Below, one piece after another: positions 42,851 to 53,276 of a DNA stretch of 64,000 nucleotides (positions within the stretch are counted from its first letter, which is position 1; the number at the start of each line of letters is the position of its first letter). The stretch lies in the NCBI GenBank assembly GCA_019429445.1, contig JAHYIW010000001.1, positions 85,336 to 149,335 on the forward strand, read 5' to 3'. This DNA comes from Desulfuromonadaceae bacterium (GTDB lineage Bacteria; Desulfobacterota; Desulfuromonadia; Desulfuromonadales; JAHYIW01). Made by a program: the position numbers and the translations under genes. Under the pieces are notes generated by a model that ran no database searches, had not been told where the DNA came from, and saw only the letters and a list, made by a program, of their open reading frames with translations.

Positions 42851-42891
42851 ACGCTGCCCATGTCGTTGCAACATGGGCAGCGTTTTTTTTT
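42851..42891 (+). terminator. Rho-independent terminator
   Basis: ACGCTGCCCATGT-N7-ACATGGGCAGCGT followed by a T run. Confidence 0.88.
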
Positions 42892-43077
42892 GGAAACATG
42901 CAATTATCAACTTATTGCATGAGATTGTTATGGTATAAAGTACATAAAAAAGCTAAAGAACTTTGAAAAAATATTGTTGACTAATTTGTTGTTATTATAT
43001 AATTATGATCACAGATACTTTTGCTGGAGTGGTGTTGCTGCGCGGCATTACGTTGCCACTGCGGAAGGAAAGCGACG

Positions 43078-43806
43078 ATGGAACATTTTATTGACAATGA
43101 TGATTCTTCACTGTCACTCGAAAGTATGGCAGTCAAAATAATCACAGAGGGGTTGTCCCGTGCGCAAGGAAACGTCCAGTTGGCCTGTTCATTCGGGGTT
43201 GAGGATCTTGTGCTGATCGATCTGATCTCACGTTTTGCCCTTGAAATTGGCGTTTTTGCTATTGATACCGGGCGCTTGCCGGAAGAGACCTATACCGTTG
43301 CCGAGGCAGTCAGGGAGCGCTATGCGCTCGCAATTCACTGGTTTTTCCCTGATCGCGGCGCCGTGGAGTCGCTGCTCAGCGAAAAAGGTTCTTTTTCCTT
43401 TCAACAAAGTCTTGAAAAGCGTCAGGAGTGCTGTTTTATCCGCAAAGTTGAGCCGTTGCACCGGGCGCTGGCACCGCTGGCCGGATGGGTTACCGGTATG
43501 CGGCGTGAACAGAGTGTGACGCGCGCTACCCTGGCCGCGATTGAAATTGATCAGGCGCATGATGATCGGTTGAAGATCAATCCGCTGATCGACTGGACCG
43601 AAAAGCAGATCTGGGTGTATGCTGATCAGCGGCGATTGCCCGTGAATCGCCTGCACCGTCAAGGGTATCCGTCGATCGGTTGCGCACCCTGCACACGGGC
43701 GATTCTGCCGGGGGAGGATCCGCGCGCCGGTCGCTGGTGGTGGGAAAATCCCGAACACAAGGAATGCGGTTTGCATCGGCGCCCCGTTGATGATGCCACC
43801 CCCTGA
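43078..43806 (+). CDS. cysH: (Phospho)adenylyl-sulfate reductase, [4Fe-4S] APS-reductase type
   Basis: 'IDTGRL', 'ECCFIRK', 'YPSIGCAPCT', 'GRWWWE', 'ECGLH'. Confidence 0.93.
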   Translation: MEHFIDNDDSSLSLESMAVKIITEGLSRAQGNVQLACSFGVEDLVLIDLISRFALEIGVFAIDTGRLPEETYTVAEAVRERYALAIHWFFPDRGAVESLLSEKGSFSFQQSLEKRQECCFIRKVEPLHRALAPLAGWVTGMRREQSVTRATLAAIEIDQAHDDRLKINPLIDWTEKQIWVYADQRRLPVNRLHRQGYPSIGCAPCTRAILPGEDPRAGRWWWENPEHKECGLHRRPVDDATP

Positions 43807-43849
43807 AACAACGGCACAGCAGGTGCAGAAAATTGCTTGCACCACGATT

Positions 43850-43999
43850 GATGCACTCGCAAAAAAGAATGAGATGGCTAAGCAAAAATTTCGTCCTCCA
43901 AGGCTTGGTGTTTTTTCAGGGGCGAAGGCCTACATCAGGTAGGTCGAGGTCCTGAAAAACCCGCGTAACGCTGTAGGGCGGACTTTTTGCGACGCCATC
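43850..43999. mobile_element. MITE-like element family A, copy 2 (inverted relative to copy 1)
   Basis: GATGCACTCGCAAAAA ... TTTTTGCGACGCCATC; exact 6-bp flanking duplication ACGATT (43844-43849 and 44000-44005). Confidence 0.88.
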
Positions 44000-44021
44000 A
44001 CGATTGAACGGACGAAAAATA

Positions 44022-45326
44022 ATGGACATCGATTATCAACAATTGCGACTCGACGGGATTTACAGACAGGACCAGGCCGGGCGGTTGATGTTACGGATCA
44101 AAGCTCCGGCGGGGGTTTTGTCAAGCATCCAGGTTGAGCAGCTTTGTACCCTTGCCGAGGACTTTGCGCAGGGTTCGTTACACCTGACGAGCCGTTGCAG
44201 CATTGAATTGCACGGATTAGCCCGCACCGACCTGAAGCCGATTTTTCCGCGCCTGGACGCGGTTGGTCTGACCTCACGCGGTGCCTGTGGTGGCGCGGTA
44301 CGCGGCATCTCGTGCAGTACTACCCTGGGTGCACACTTTGATGTTGCCCAGCTCCTTGCCCGGCGTTTGCAACAACACTTTGCTGGTAATCCTTACTTTG
44401 AAGGGCTGCCGAAAAAATTCAAGATCAGTGTTGACGGCGATTATTCCCGCTCCCGTCATCTGATTCAGGATGTTGGCCTGGTTTACGTCGGTGACGATGA
44501 TGGTGTGGAGTGTTTCGATCTCTGGTGTGCCGGAGGCCTGGGGCGTGCACCGCAAGCCGGGTTCCTGTTCGAAAAGGCGGTGGCGAGCAACCGGGTGATC
44601 CCGTTGACAGAGAGTATCGTGCGCGTCTATGCCGCTCACACGCCAGCAGGTAAGCGCTTGAAAAGCTTGCTTAATGATATCGGTGAAGAGCGGTTTCGGA
44701 CGTTGGTGGACACCGACGGCGCCGCGCACAGTGTCCCGTCGTTACGGCCAACAGTCGTTGGCGCAGCGCTGCCGAGCAAGCACGCCATTATTGAAGTGGG
44801 GATCTTTGCCGGCGAGATCAACGCCGCACGCTTTAGCGCTCTGGCGCAATTGGCCAACAGCTATTGCGACGGTTTTCTGGCGCTTACTGCGGATCAGAAT
44901 ATTGCCCTGCCCCTTGTTCAGGCGGATCAGCGGGACGCGGCGCAGCAGGCGCTCGCCGCCGCAGGGTTCAGCGGTGAGACGCCCGCCGAACAGGTGACCT
45001 TTCGCGTCTGTCCGGGGAATCATCAATGCCGCATGGGCTTGTCGGCGACCCGCGACGTTGCCGCACACGTTATCCACGCACTCGATGCAGCGGGGCGTCA
45101 GCACTCCTGGGCAATCTCCGGATGTGCCAACTCCTGTTCACAGCCACAGTTGGCTGATTTCGGTATCATCACCAGTAATAGGGAAAAAAACGATGCTGGA
45201 ACGCGTACCCCGCGTTTCGATCTTTACCGCCGCAGCAGCGCTGGTTTAGGGCGCGTGGTGGCAGAAAATCTTGATCTTGATGAGCTCTTGCGGCTGGTAA
45301 ATACCTTGCCAGCAGTTAAACTGTAA
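44022..45326 (+). CDS. Nitrite/sulfite reductase (siroheme, ferredoxin-dependent type)
   Basis: 'MLRIK', 'LPKKFKIS', siroheme-[4Fe-4S] 'VCPGNHQC...ISGCANSC'; lies between cysH and cysK. Confidence 0.88.
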   Translation: MDIDYQQLRLDGIYRQDQAGRLMLRIKAPAGVLSSIQVEQLCTLAEDFAQGSLHLTSRCSIELHGLARTDLKPIFPRLDAVGLTSRGACGGAVRGISCSTTLGAHFDVAQLLARRLQQHFAGNPYFEGLPKKFKISVDGDYSRSRHLIQDVGLVYVGDDDGVECFDLWCAGGLGRAPQAGFLFEKAVASNRVIPLTESIVRVYAAHTPAGKRLKSLLNDIGEERFRTLVDTDGAAHSVPSLRPTVVGAALPSKHAIIEVGIFAGEINAARFSALAQLANSYCDGFLALTADQNIALPLVQADQRDAAQQALAAAGFSGETPAEQVTFRVCPGNHQCRMGLSATRDVAAHVIHALDAAGRQHSWAISGCANSCSQPQLADFGIITSNREKNDAGTRTPRFDLYRRSSAGLGRVVAENLDLDELLRLVNTLPAVKL

Positions 45327-45328
45327 GT

Positions 45329-45407
45329 CGTTGCTCAAAAAAAAATCATGGGGTGGCCAGGAAAAAATTTCGTCGTGCAACGCCGTAACGCTTTTTGCGC
45401 CGCCATC
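45329..45407. repeat. Internally deleted copy of MITE family A
   Basis: Retains 'AAAAATTTCGTC', 'CGTAACG' and the terminal 'CTTTTTGCGCCGCCATC' of the 150-bp element. Confidence 0.65.
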
Positions 45408-45456
45408 AAATTCCATACCCGTCAACGCAGCATCAAAACACGAGAAGGAGATCGAC

Positions 45457-46410
45457 ATGAGTCAGATATTCAGTGATAATTCACTCTCGATTGGCCGCAC
45501 CCCGCTGATCAAACTGAACCGCATTACCCCCGGCGGAGCGGTGGTCCTCGGTAAAGTTGAAGGGCGTAACCCCGCTTATTCCGTCAAGTGCCGGATAGGT
45601 GCCGCGATGATCAGGGATGCCGAGGAAAAAGGGCTGCTCGGTTCTGGCCGGGAGATTGTTGAGCCGACCAGCGGCAACACCGGGATCGCGCTGGCATTCG
45701 TCGCCGCCGCCCGCGGTATCCCGATCACTCTGACGATGCCCGAAACGATGAGTCTTGAACGGCGCAAGGTTCTTCAGGCCTTCGGGGCCAAGCTGATTTT
45801 GACCCCCGGAGCCAAGGGGATGGGGGGGGCGATAGCCGCCGCTGAGGAACTTGCGCAGAGCGAACCCGAACGTTACCTGCTGTTGCATCAATTTAAAAAT
45901 CCGGCGAATCCGTTGATTCACGAGCAGACCACGGGGCCGGAAATCTGGACCGATACGGAGGGTAACATTGACGTGCTGATTTCCGGTGTCGGTACCGGCG
46001 GTACCATCACCGGTATCTCGCGTTACATCAAGCACACGCGGGGGAAATCAATTTTGTCGGTTGCGGTTGAGCCGAGCGAAAGCCCGGTGATCACCCAGCA
46101 TCTGGCCGGGGATCCGCTTACGCCGGGACCGCACAAGATTCAGGGGATTGGTGCCGGATTTATTCCCGAGACCCTTGATCTGTCGGTCGTTGATCGTGTC
46201 GAGCAGGTCAGCAGTGAGGAATCCCTCACTTTTGCCCGCAGACTGGCGAAAGAAGAAGGGCTGCTTTCCGGAATTTCCTGTGGAGCGGCAACCGCAGTGG
46301 CGGCCCGCCTCGCAAAACAACCGGAATTTTCCGGCAAAACGATCGTCGTGATCCTCCCCGATTCTGGCGAGCGGTACCTGTCGAGCGTGCTGTTTGAGGA
46401 TCTTGCCTGA
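45457..46410 (+). CDS. cysK: Cysteine synthase A
   Basis: 'IGRTPL', '[11 protein letters not shown]', 'EPTSGNTG', 'GVGTGGT', 'HKIQGIGAG', 'DSGERYLS'; AAGGAG RBS. Confidence 0.95.
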   Translation: MSQIFSDNSLSIGRTPLIKLNRITPGGAVVLGKVEGRNPAYSVKCRIGAAMIRDAEEKGLLGSGREIVEPTSGNTGIALAFVAAARGIPITLTMPETMSLERRKVLQAFGAKLILTPGAKGMGGAIAAAEELAQSEPERYLLLHQFKNPANPLIHEQTTGPEIWTDTEGNIDVLISGVGTGGTITGISRYIKHTRGKSILSVAVEPSESPVITQHLAGDPLTPGPHKIQGIGAGFIPETLDLSVVDRVEQVSSEESLTFARRLAKEEGLLSGISCGAATAVAARLAKQPEFSGKTIVVILPDSGERYLSSVLFEDLA

Positions 46411-46520
46411 GCCTTGATGCAGTAAATGTCGGCGCGTACGTTCGGCGCAGTTTTTGGCGGAAAGTGCTTCAGTTTCAAGCGATTTTCAGATGTCACCATC
46501 CCCGGCCATGAGGAGTGAGC

Positions 46521-49301
46521 ATGGAAGAGCGCGAACGTTTATGGCATGTCGAACAGCAAGCGGAGCGGTTGGCTGAACTTGGTTGCGCGGATCGGGATAA
46601 CAAGGAGTTGCCGTTACGGCGTGACGTTCGTTCTCTAGGCCGCCTCCTCGGTACGGTTATCCGTGAGCAGGCGGGGGAGGATGTTTATGCGGCAGAAGAA
46701 GAACTGCGGCACTTGGCCCTTCGCCACCGCGAACAGGAAAACAGCTCCCGCGCTGACGAGGCACGTGATCATGGGGCTGGTCGGGAACTGCTTAATGAAA
46801 TGAGTGCCCTGATCGGCAACATGTCGCTTGACCAGGCGTATCGGATCGTCAAGGCGTTTGCCGCATTTTTTGAGCTGGTCAATCTGGCCGAAGCCAACCA
46901 CCGGCGGCGCCGCAACCGGGCGGCCCTGCTCGCCAATCAGCACGAAAAACCGGGATTACTGCGCGCTACCCTGCGGCGGATAAAGAATGCCGGTATCTCG
47001 TCGCAGCAGGCCCTTGAATGGCTGCGGCAGGTTGAAGTGGTGCCGGTTTTCACCGCCCATCCGACCGAGGTAGCACGGCGGGTGATGCGCTTCAAGCGGC
47101 AGCGTATTGCGCGCTTGCTTGAGCGGTTTGATCATTTGCCCCTTGCCGATGCTGAAGTTGACGCGTTGCAGGATGCCATTCTGGCGGAAATTACCGCGCT
47201 GTGGCAATCCGACGAAGTGCGCCGCAACAAACCGAAGGTCGAAGATGAAATTGCCATGGGCCTCGATCTTTATCGCACCTCGTTATTGCCGCCGCTCGCC
47301 AAACTTTACGCTGGTATTGCTGCTGATTTCCGTGACGTTTACGCGACAGAGATCCCCCTCGATGCGTTACCGACAGTCGTGCGTTTCGGTTCATGGATCG
47401 GTGGAGACCGGGACGGCAACCCGTTTGTTACCCCTGAAGCAACCCGGATTGCACTCCTCCGTTCCCGTGAACTGATCCTCACCCTTTATTTCGAACAGCT
47501 CGAACAGTTGCGGCGCATAATCACCACCTCGACCGCCATGACCGGGATCGATTCCCGGCTCAGCTCTCACCTTGATCAATTGGTCAAAAACTACCCCAAC
47601 GCGGCACTTGAAGTCGACGTCCTGCCCCACGGGGAGCTGTGTCGTCGCCTGGTCGGTTTCATGCGCTTCCGCCTGGGGCGTGCGCTTGACAACCGTGCTG
47701 ATGCAGAAGCTTATCCTGACGCTGCGGCATTTCTTGCTGATCTTGATGTTTTGCAAGGAGCCCTGCGGCGCCAGGCGGGAGAGCGTCTGGCGAATAGCTA
47801 TATCGCTCCGTTGCAGCGTCTGGTGGCGACCTGCGGATTTCATTTGCATACGCTCGATCTGCGTCAGCACGCCAAGGTTCACTCCCTGGCGATAACCGAG
47901 CTGGCGGCAGGGCAGAGCGAACAGCTGGTTGCAGCACCGTCGCAACAAACGATCGAACTGCTGGAAACGTTACGCAGTGTCGCCGACCTGAAAAAGGAAT
48001 ATCCGGCTGAGATCGTCAAAAGTTACGTCATCAGCGGCGCGACAGGTTGCCAGGATATCCTTTCGTTGATCTGGCTGATGGAATTGTGCGGGATTGAGCC
48101 GCAGGCGCATGCCGAGCGCAACGATCCCGGTTTGATGCCGGTGCCGCTTTTCGAATCGATCGAGGATTTGCGCAACGCCCCGGACATTTGCCGTCGTTTG
48201 TGGCAGAACCCTGACTATGCACCCTATCTCGACAGCTGGGGGCGCTGGCAGGAAATCATGCTTGGCTATTCCGATTCAAACAAGGACGGGGGGATGCTGA
48301 CCAGCTCCTGGGAGATTTACAAGACTCACCGTGCCTTGCACGAAGTGGCGGCGGACTGCAACGTCAAGCTGCGTCTTTTTCATGGTCGTGGCGGTACGGT
48401 TGGACGCGGTGGCGGGCCGACCCATCGCGCGATCATCGCCCAACCTCCCGGTGCGTTCGGCGGTGCGTTCAAGCTCACCGAACAGGGCGAAGTGATCAAC
48501 TTCAAGTATGCTGACGAGGATTTGTCGCTGCGCAACCTCGAATTGATGGTTGCGGCGGCGCTCGAAGCGCTGACCTGTTGCGGGTTGGTTGAGAAGACTG
48601 TCGATCCGCTTTGGGAAGATGCTCTGGAGCTGATGTCGCAGCGCGCCTTTGCCTTTTACCGCGAACATATTTATGACAATCCCGATATTCCGGTTTATTT
48701 TGAGCAGGCAACACCGGTGCGTGAATTTGAATTGGCCAAGATCGGTTCCCGACCAGCAAAACGTAAACAAGGGGATTCACTTGACGACCTGCGTGCCATT
48801 CCCTGGGGGTTTGGCTGGATCCAGAGCCGTCTGCTGGTCCCGGCCTGGTTTGGTGTCGGGACGGCGTTTCAGGAGTTTGTTGCTGCCGACGAGCACAACA
48901 TTGAGCTGTTGCGCAGCATGATGAAACAGTTCCCGTTTTTTTTCGACATGGTGCGCAATGTTGAAATGGCGTTGGCCAAAGTCGATCTTCCCCTGGCACA
49001 GCGTTATGCCGCTCTGATCGATGACCAAGCCCTGCGTGAGCGCGTTTTCACTCTTTTGACCAAGGAGTATTTGCGTACCAAACGCATGATTTTGGCGGTC
49101 ACCGGACAGCAGGAATTGTTGGCAACCAATCCCGATCTGGCGTTGTCGCTGCGGTTGCGTAATCCCTATGTTGACCCGATGAGTCTGATTCAGATTGAGC
49201 TGATGCAACGCAAATACCGTGGGGAAGGGTCGGATGAACTTGATTATGTGCTGGCGACCACCGTCAGCGGAATCGCCGCAGGATTGCGCAACACCGGTTG
49301 A
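46521..49301 (+). CDS. ppc: Phosphoenolpyruvate carboxylase
   Basis: 'VFTAHPTE', 'IMLGYSDSNKDGG', 'FHGRGGTVGRGG', 'LRAIPW', terminal 'RNTG'. Confidence 0.96.
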   Translation: MEERERLWHVEQQAERLAELGCADRDNKELPLRRDVRSLGRLLGTVIREQAGEDVYAAEEELRHLALRHREQENSSRADEARDHGAGRELLNEMSALIGNMSLDQAYRIVKAFAAFFELVNLAEANHRRRRNRAALLANQHEKPGLLRATLRRIKNAGISSQQALEWLRQVEVVPVFTAHPTEVARRVMRFKRQRIARLLERFDHLPLADAEVDALQDAILAEITALWQSDEVRRNKPKVEDEIAMGLDLYRTSLLPPLAKLYAGIAADFRDVYATEIPLDALPTVVRFGSWIGGDRDGNPFVTPEATRIALLRSRELILTLYFEQLEQLRRIITTSTAMTGIDSRLSSHLDQLVKNYPNAALEVDVLPHGELCRRLVGFMRFRLGRALDNRADAEAYPDAAAFLADLDVLQGALRRQAGERLANSYIAPLQRLVATCGFHLHTLDLRQHAKVHSLAITELAAGQSEQLVAAPSQQTIELLETLRSVADLKKEYPAEIVKSYVISGATGCQDILSLIWLMELCGIEPQAHAERNDPGLMPVPLFESIEDLRNAPDICRRLWQNPDYAPYLDSWGRWQEIMLGYSDSNKDGGMLTSSWEIYKTHRALHEVAADCNVKLRLFHGRGGTVGRGGGPTHRAIIAQPPGAFGGAFKLTEQGEVINFKYADEDLSLRNLELMVAAALEALTCCGLVEKTVDPLWEDALELMSQRAFAFYREHIYDNPDIPVYFEQATPVREFELAKIGSRPAKRKQGDSLDDLRAIPWGFGWIQSRLLVPAWFGVGTAFQEFVAADEHNIELLRSMMKQFPFFFDMVRNVEMALAKVDLPLAQRYAALIDDQALRERVFTLLTKEYLRTKRMILAVTGQQELLATNPDLALSLRLRNPYVDPMSLIQIELMQRKYRGEGSDELDYVLATTVSGIAAGLRNTG

Positions 49302-49414
49302 AATTGAATAACAAACAGCTCGTTGCCTTCAACGCACAGCTTGCGGAGAATTTTTCTCTGCAATAGGAGCTGCGCACGGTGTTTGTATCCTATGTCAAAG
49401 TTTACAAAAACATG

Positions 49415-49443
49415 TTGACAGTCTGAGAATATTTCTTTATTTT
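49415..49443 (+). promoter_or_regulatory. Sigma70-like promoter upstream of the SAM riboswitch
   Basis: TTGACA - 17 bp - TATTTT. Confidence 0.55.
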
Positions 49444-49485
49444 ATTAGTCAACAACTAAAACTTAATAGACCGGCAAGTACGCGT

Positions 49486-49603
49486 CTTTATCAAGAGTGG
49501 TTAAGGGACAGGCCCGATGACACCACAGCAACCGATTCGCAGTAGCGAATGTCAGGTGCTAATTCCTGCCTCGCGGTTAAATTTCAGCGAGGAAAAGATG
49601 AGG
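49486..49603 (+). ncRNA. SAM-I (S-box) riboswitch aptamer
   Basis: TTATCAAGAG...AGGGACAGGCCCGATGA...CAGCAACC...AGGTGCTAATTCC...AAAGATGAG in S-box order, directly upstream of methionine biosynthesis genes. Confidence 0.95.
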
Positions 49604-49639
49604 ATGGCGCTTCGCGATATGGCTAGCCATCCCTCCACG

Positions 49640-49675
49640 AAGCCCTTTCTCGCATCCCGAGAAGGGGCTTTTTGT
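49640..49675 (+). terminator. Riboswitch expression-platform terminator
   Basis: AAGCCCTTTCTCG-CATCC-CGAGAAGGGGCTT followed by TTTGT. Confidence 0.85.
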
Positions 49676-49712
49676 ATTCTTGCCGGAAACAACCGCGAAG
49701 AAAAGGAGAACG

Positions 49713-50867
49713 ATGATGGCAAAACAGGCATTAACGGCGGAGAGTCGCCTGGTCCAGCTTGGGGTCGGACGGGACGAGCGTACCGGCGCGATCAGCGTGC
49801 CGATCCACCCCAGCGCAACCTTTCGGCACCCCGGCGTCGGCGAATCAACCGGTTACGATTACACCCGTTCCGGCAATCCGACGCGGGATATTCTCGAAGC
49901 GGGGTTGGCGGAACTGGAAGGGGGCAGTCGCGGACTGGCGTTTTCTTCCGGCATGGCGGCACTGACCACCCTCTTTCTGCATTTTGCCAAAGGCGACCAT
50001 CTGATCGTCTCCGAGGATCTCTACGGCGGCACCTACCGGGTGCTGGAGCAGATCTTTGCCGACTTTGGCCTGAGTGCCAGCTACGTCGACAGCCGCGATC
50101 TGGAGCAGGTGGCGGCGGCGATCAGACCCGCCACCCGCGCGATGCTGATCGAAACCCCCGGCAATCCGCTCCTCGGCATCGCCGATCTGCGCGGGCTGGC
50201 GGCGCTCTGTCGTCAACACCAGCTGCTGCTGGTGGTCGACAACACCTTCTTGACGCCGGTGCTGCAACGCCCCCTGGAACTCGGTGCCGACATCGTCGTC
50301 CACTCGGCGACCAAATATCTCGCCGGACACAACGATCTCTGTGCCGGGGCGCTGGTCGCCAAAGATCCAGCTCTGGGGGAGCGGCTCTACTTTTTGCAGA
50401 ACTCCACCGGCGCGATCCTCTCCCCGCAGGACTGCTGGCTGCTGATTCGCAGCCTCAAAACCCTCAACCTGCGTCTCGAACGCCAGTGCGCCAGCGCGCA
50501 AAAAGTGGCCGAGTGGCTGCTGCGACATCCCAAGGTCACGGCGGTCTACTATCCCGGCCTGCCAACCCATCCCGGCCACGCCTTGCAACGGTCGCAAGCC
50601 GACGGTTTTGGTGGTATGCTCTCCTTTCGGGTGACTGATCAGGCCACCGCCCACCGGCTGCTGAAACGGCTACAGTTGATTTCCTTCGCTGAAAGTCTCG
50701 GCGGAGTCGAATCGCTGATGACGTTGCCGGCGGAACAGACCCACGGCGATATTCCGGAGCCGGAGCGCCAGCGTCTCGGCATCTGTGCCGCGCTGCTGCG
50801 GCTGTCGGTGGGGATCGAGACAGTTGAGGATATCATTGCCGATCTGGAGCAGGCCCTTAGAGACTGA
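49713..50867 (+). CDS. Cystathionine gamma-synthase / O-acetylhomoserine thiolyase (MetI/MetB-like)
   Basis: '[11 protein letters not shown]', 'VDNTF', PLP site '[12 protein letters not shown]', '[11 protein letters not shown]'. Confidence 0.88.
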   Translation: MMAKQALTAESRLVQLGVGRDERTGAISVPIHPSATFRHPGVGESTGYDYTRSGNPTRDILEAGLAELEGGSRGLAFSSGMAALTTLFLHFAKGDHLIVSEDLYGGTYRVLEQIFADFGLSASYVDSRDLEQVAAAIRPATRAMLIETPGNPLLGIADLRGLAALCRQHQLLLVVDNTFLTPVLQRPLELGADIVVHSATKYLAGHNDLCAGALVAKDPALGERLYFLQNSTGAILSPQDCWLLIRSLKTLNLRLERQCASAQKVAEWLLRHPKVTAVYYPGLPTHPGHALQRSQADGFGGMLSFRVTDQATAHRLLKRLQLISFAESLGGVESLMTLPAEQTHGDIPEPERQRLGICAALLRLSVGIETVEDIIADLEQALRD

Positions 50868-50877
50868 AATTATTTAT

Positions 50878-51015
50878 TCACCACAGAGGACACGAAGAGC
50901 ACGAAGCGAACCTTGACAACAAGATCAAAACCGACTTTGTGACTGAAATAGCGTTCACACCAGCCGCATAATCTGCGGTCAAAAAACTTCGTGAGCTTCG
51001 TGCTCTGCGTGGTGA
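50878..51015. repeat. REP-like inverted repeat with 9-bp periodic arms
   Basis: TCACCACAGAGGACACGAAGAGCACGAAG ... CTTCGTGAGCTTCGTGCTCTGCGTGGTGA; related half-arms near 33915-33937 and 58552-58580. Confidence 0.75.
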
Positions 51016-51037
51016 GAATATAAAGGACAAACAAACC

Positions 51038-52189
51038 ATGACGACAAAAAAATACGCCGCCGCCACCCTCCTCGTCCATCAGGGGCGCGACCGAGACCCG
51101 GCCACCGGTGCGTCAGCAATTCCGATCTATCAGGCGTCGACCTACCATCATACCGATGGTGTGCCGGGCGAATACGATTATTCGCGCTGCGGCAACCCGA
51201 GCCGTGATCAGGTCGAAGAGGCGATCGCCCTGCTCGAAGGCGGGGTGCGCGGTTTTGCCTGCGCCTCAGGAATGGCGGCGATCGGCAGCGCCCTGTCGTT
51301 GCTCAAGGCGGGTGATCATCTGATCGCCCCCGAGGATCTTTACGGCGGCTCCTACCGCTACCTGACCCAGATCCTGCCGACCCAGGGGATCGAGGTGACC
51401 TTTGTCAACACGGCCGAACTGGCCCAGATCAAGGCGGCGCTGCGCTCCAACACCCGCGGCATTTTTCTGGAGACGCCGTCGAACCCGCTCTTCAATATCA
51501 CCGACCTGCGCGCGGTGGCGGCGCTGGCGCGTGAGCGTAAGCTGCTGACCTTCCTTGACAATACCTTCATGACCCCGCTGCTGCAACGCACCCTCGATCT
51601 CGGTATCGATGTGGCGATTCACAGTGCGACCAAGTTTCTCGGCGGCCACAGCGATCTGCTCGCCGGGCTGGTGACCACCGCCGACGAAGGGCTGGCGCGA
51701 CAGCTGAAAACCTTCCAGAATTCTTTCGGCGCCGTTCTCGGCCCCTTCGATTGTTTTTTGCTGGCGCGTGGCATCAAGACCCTCAAATTGCGCCTGGAGG
51801 CGGGGCAGCACAACGCCGATGTCCTCGCCGCACGGCTGGCGGAACATCCGGCGGTCAGCCGCGTCTACTATCCGGGGTTGGCCGATTTTCCCGGCCGCGA
51901 GCGGCACCTCTCCCAGGCCTGCGGCGCGGGGGCGGTGCTCTCTTTCGAACTGCGCGACGCCACCTGCGTCAAGCCGTTGCTGGCACGGGTCAAGTTGCCG
52001 ATCATCGCCCCGAGCCTCGGTGGCGTTGAAACGATCCTCACCCACTGCTGGTCGATGTCGCACGCGGCGATGCCCGCCGAGCTTAAAACCCGCCTCGGTA
52101 TCGGGCCGGGATTGTTGCGCATCTCCGCCGGGATCGAGGATGTCGAAGATCTCTGGGAAGATCTGGCGGCGGGGTTGGCGGCGGACTGA
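51038..52189 (+). CDS. Cystathionine beta-lyase (MetC-like)
   Basis: 'IYQASTY', 'YDYSRCGNP', 'HSATKFLGGHSDL', 'SLGGVETIL...MSHAAMP'. Confidence 0.86.
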   Translation: MTTKKYAAATLLVHQGRDRDPATGASAIPIYQASTYHHTDGVPGEYDYSRCGNPSRDQVEEAIALLEGGVRGFACASGMAAIGSALSLLKAGDHLIAPEDLYGGSYRYLTQILPTQGIEVTFVNTAELAQIKAALRSNTRGIFLETPSNPLFNITDLRAVAALARERKLLTFLDNTFMTPLLQRTLDLGIDVAIHSATKFLGGHSDLLAGLVTTADEGLARQLKTFQNSFGAVLGPFDCFLLARGIKTLKLRLEAGQHNADVLAARLAEHPAVSRVYYPGLADFPGRERHLSQACGAGAVLSFELRDATCVKPLLARVKLPIIAPSLGGVETILTHCWSMSHAAMPAELKTRLGIGPGLLRISAGIEDVEDLWEDLAAGLAAD

Positions 52190-52214
52190 TTAGCGTTTGA
52201 AGGGAACAAACGTC

Positions 52215-52304
52215 ATGGATCTTTTTCGCAACACCCCCAGTCTGATCATCGGCTATCTCCTCTGGATTTTCGCTTCGGCCCTTATTCTCGGACAGGCTCC
52301 TTGA
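52215..52304 (+). pseudogene. Short remnant resembling the N-terminus of a TM2/NinE-domain membrane protein
   Basis: MDLFRNTPSLIIGYLLWIFASALILGQAP*; 'SxxIGYLLWIF' resembles TM2 proteins but the HRFY motif is missing. Confidence 0.4.
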
Positions 52305-52313
52305 GGCTTGAGC

Positions 52314-53276
52314 CTAACGACGAAAATCACGCAGGAAACGCCAGATGCATTCCGTTGCATCGAAGTTTTTCAACCCGTCGTCATCGGTCAGTCCGGCGGT
52401 AAAGTACGGTGCTGGCCAGCGGTGCCCCCAATCCTTGAGCCGATAATATTCAACCCGTTGCCCGTCGCGGCAGGTGTCCCAAATGAACCCTGTTAGCGCA
52501 CCGCTGGCTTCATCTTTAATCTGCGGTGGCTGTTCACAGCCGTCCGCTGTCCGCCAATACTCCATCGCCTCGGCGACCGGGCGATAAGAACGCCTCCCTC
52601 CGTTGAGCGGGCTGGGGCCGCCCGCTGGCGGAATATGTTCATCGCTTGTACCGTGAAAGGCGATTACCGGCAATGGCTGAATCGGCGGCGGGATCGTCCA
52701 TGCAGGAGGTTCTTCCCCGCTGCTGCTGCCGATCGTCGCGGACACCACCGCAATTGCCGCCAGTTCATAGCCGCGCTCAGTGGCATAACGATAGGTCATC
52801 ATCCCGCCATTCGACATCCCGACCAGATAGATGCGGCGCTGATCAACGGACACGCGACCGTTGACGACGGCAATCACTGCGGCGAGATAGCCAACGTCAT
52901 CGATCTTGTCGGCGGCGGCTTTGCCGCAGCAGTGCCCGGCATTCCAGTGGTGCAATAATCCGAAGAGACCGATCCCCTCCGGGTAGGCGACGAAAAAATT
53001 CTCCCGATCAGCCAGTGCGCTGAATCCGGTTTCCGCTTCGGTTTGCAGCGCGGTGCTGAACGCCCCGTGCAATACCACCACCAACGGCAACGGTTCGTCC
53101 GGGGCGATTCCCGGCGGCACGTGGAGGAAAAAATTTCGCCGTGCCAGATTAAAGCGGATAGCGGTCGGCACGCGATAAGTGTCACTTGCCGGGTAGGGAG
53201 TGTCGGGGAGTGCCGGGGTGCATCCGCTCAGCACCGCAGTCAGAAACATGAAGATGATCAGTCGGAAAATATGCAT
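52314..53276 (-). CDS. LpqC/PHB-depolymerase-family esterase lipoprotein
   Basis: Lipobox LSGC, 'PLVVVLHG', 'WNAGHCCG', nucleophile 'GMSNGG', 'FHGTSD', 'GHRWP'. Confidence 0.88.
   Translation of the reverse strand: MHIFRLIIFMFLTAVLSGCTPALPDTPYPASDTYRVPTAIRFNLARRNFFLHVPPGIAPDEPLPLVVVLHGAFSTALQTEAETGFSALADRENFFVAYPEGIGLFGLLHHWNAGHCCGKAAADKIDDVGYLAAVIAVVNGRVSVDQRRIYLVGMSNGGMMTYRYATERGYELAAIAVVSATIGSSSGEEPPAWTIPPPIQPLPVIAFHGTSDEHIPPAGGPSPLNGGRRSYRPVAEAMEYWRTADGCEQPPQIKDEASGALTGFIWDTCRDGQRVEYYRLKDWGHRWPAPYFTAGLTDDDGLKNFDATECIWRFLRDFRR

Noticed and set aside
42974-43003. Sigma70 promoter for cysH (TTGACT...TATAAT)
   Set aside because: The spacer is only 15 bp and the region is AT-rich, so the exact elements cannot be assigned.
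46416-46500. Possible further MITE-A remnant after cysK (GATGCA...CCATC)
   Set aside because: Only the few terminal bases match, with no internal similarity or target duplication.
50878-51015. Possible CRISPR mini-array
   Set aside because: The arms are inverted rather than direct repeats, there are no regular spacers, and no cas genes are present.
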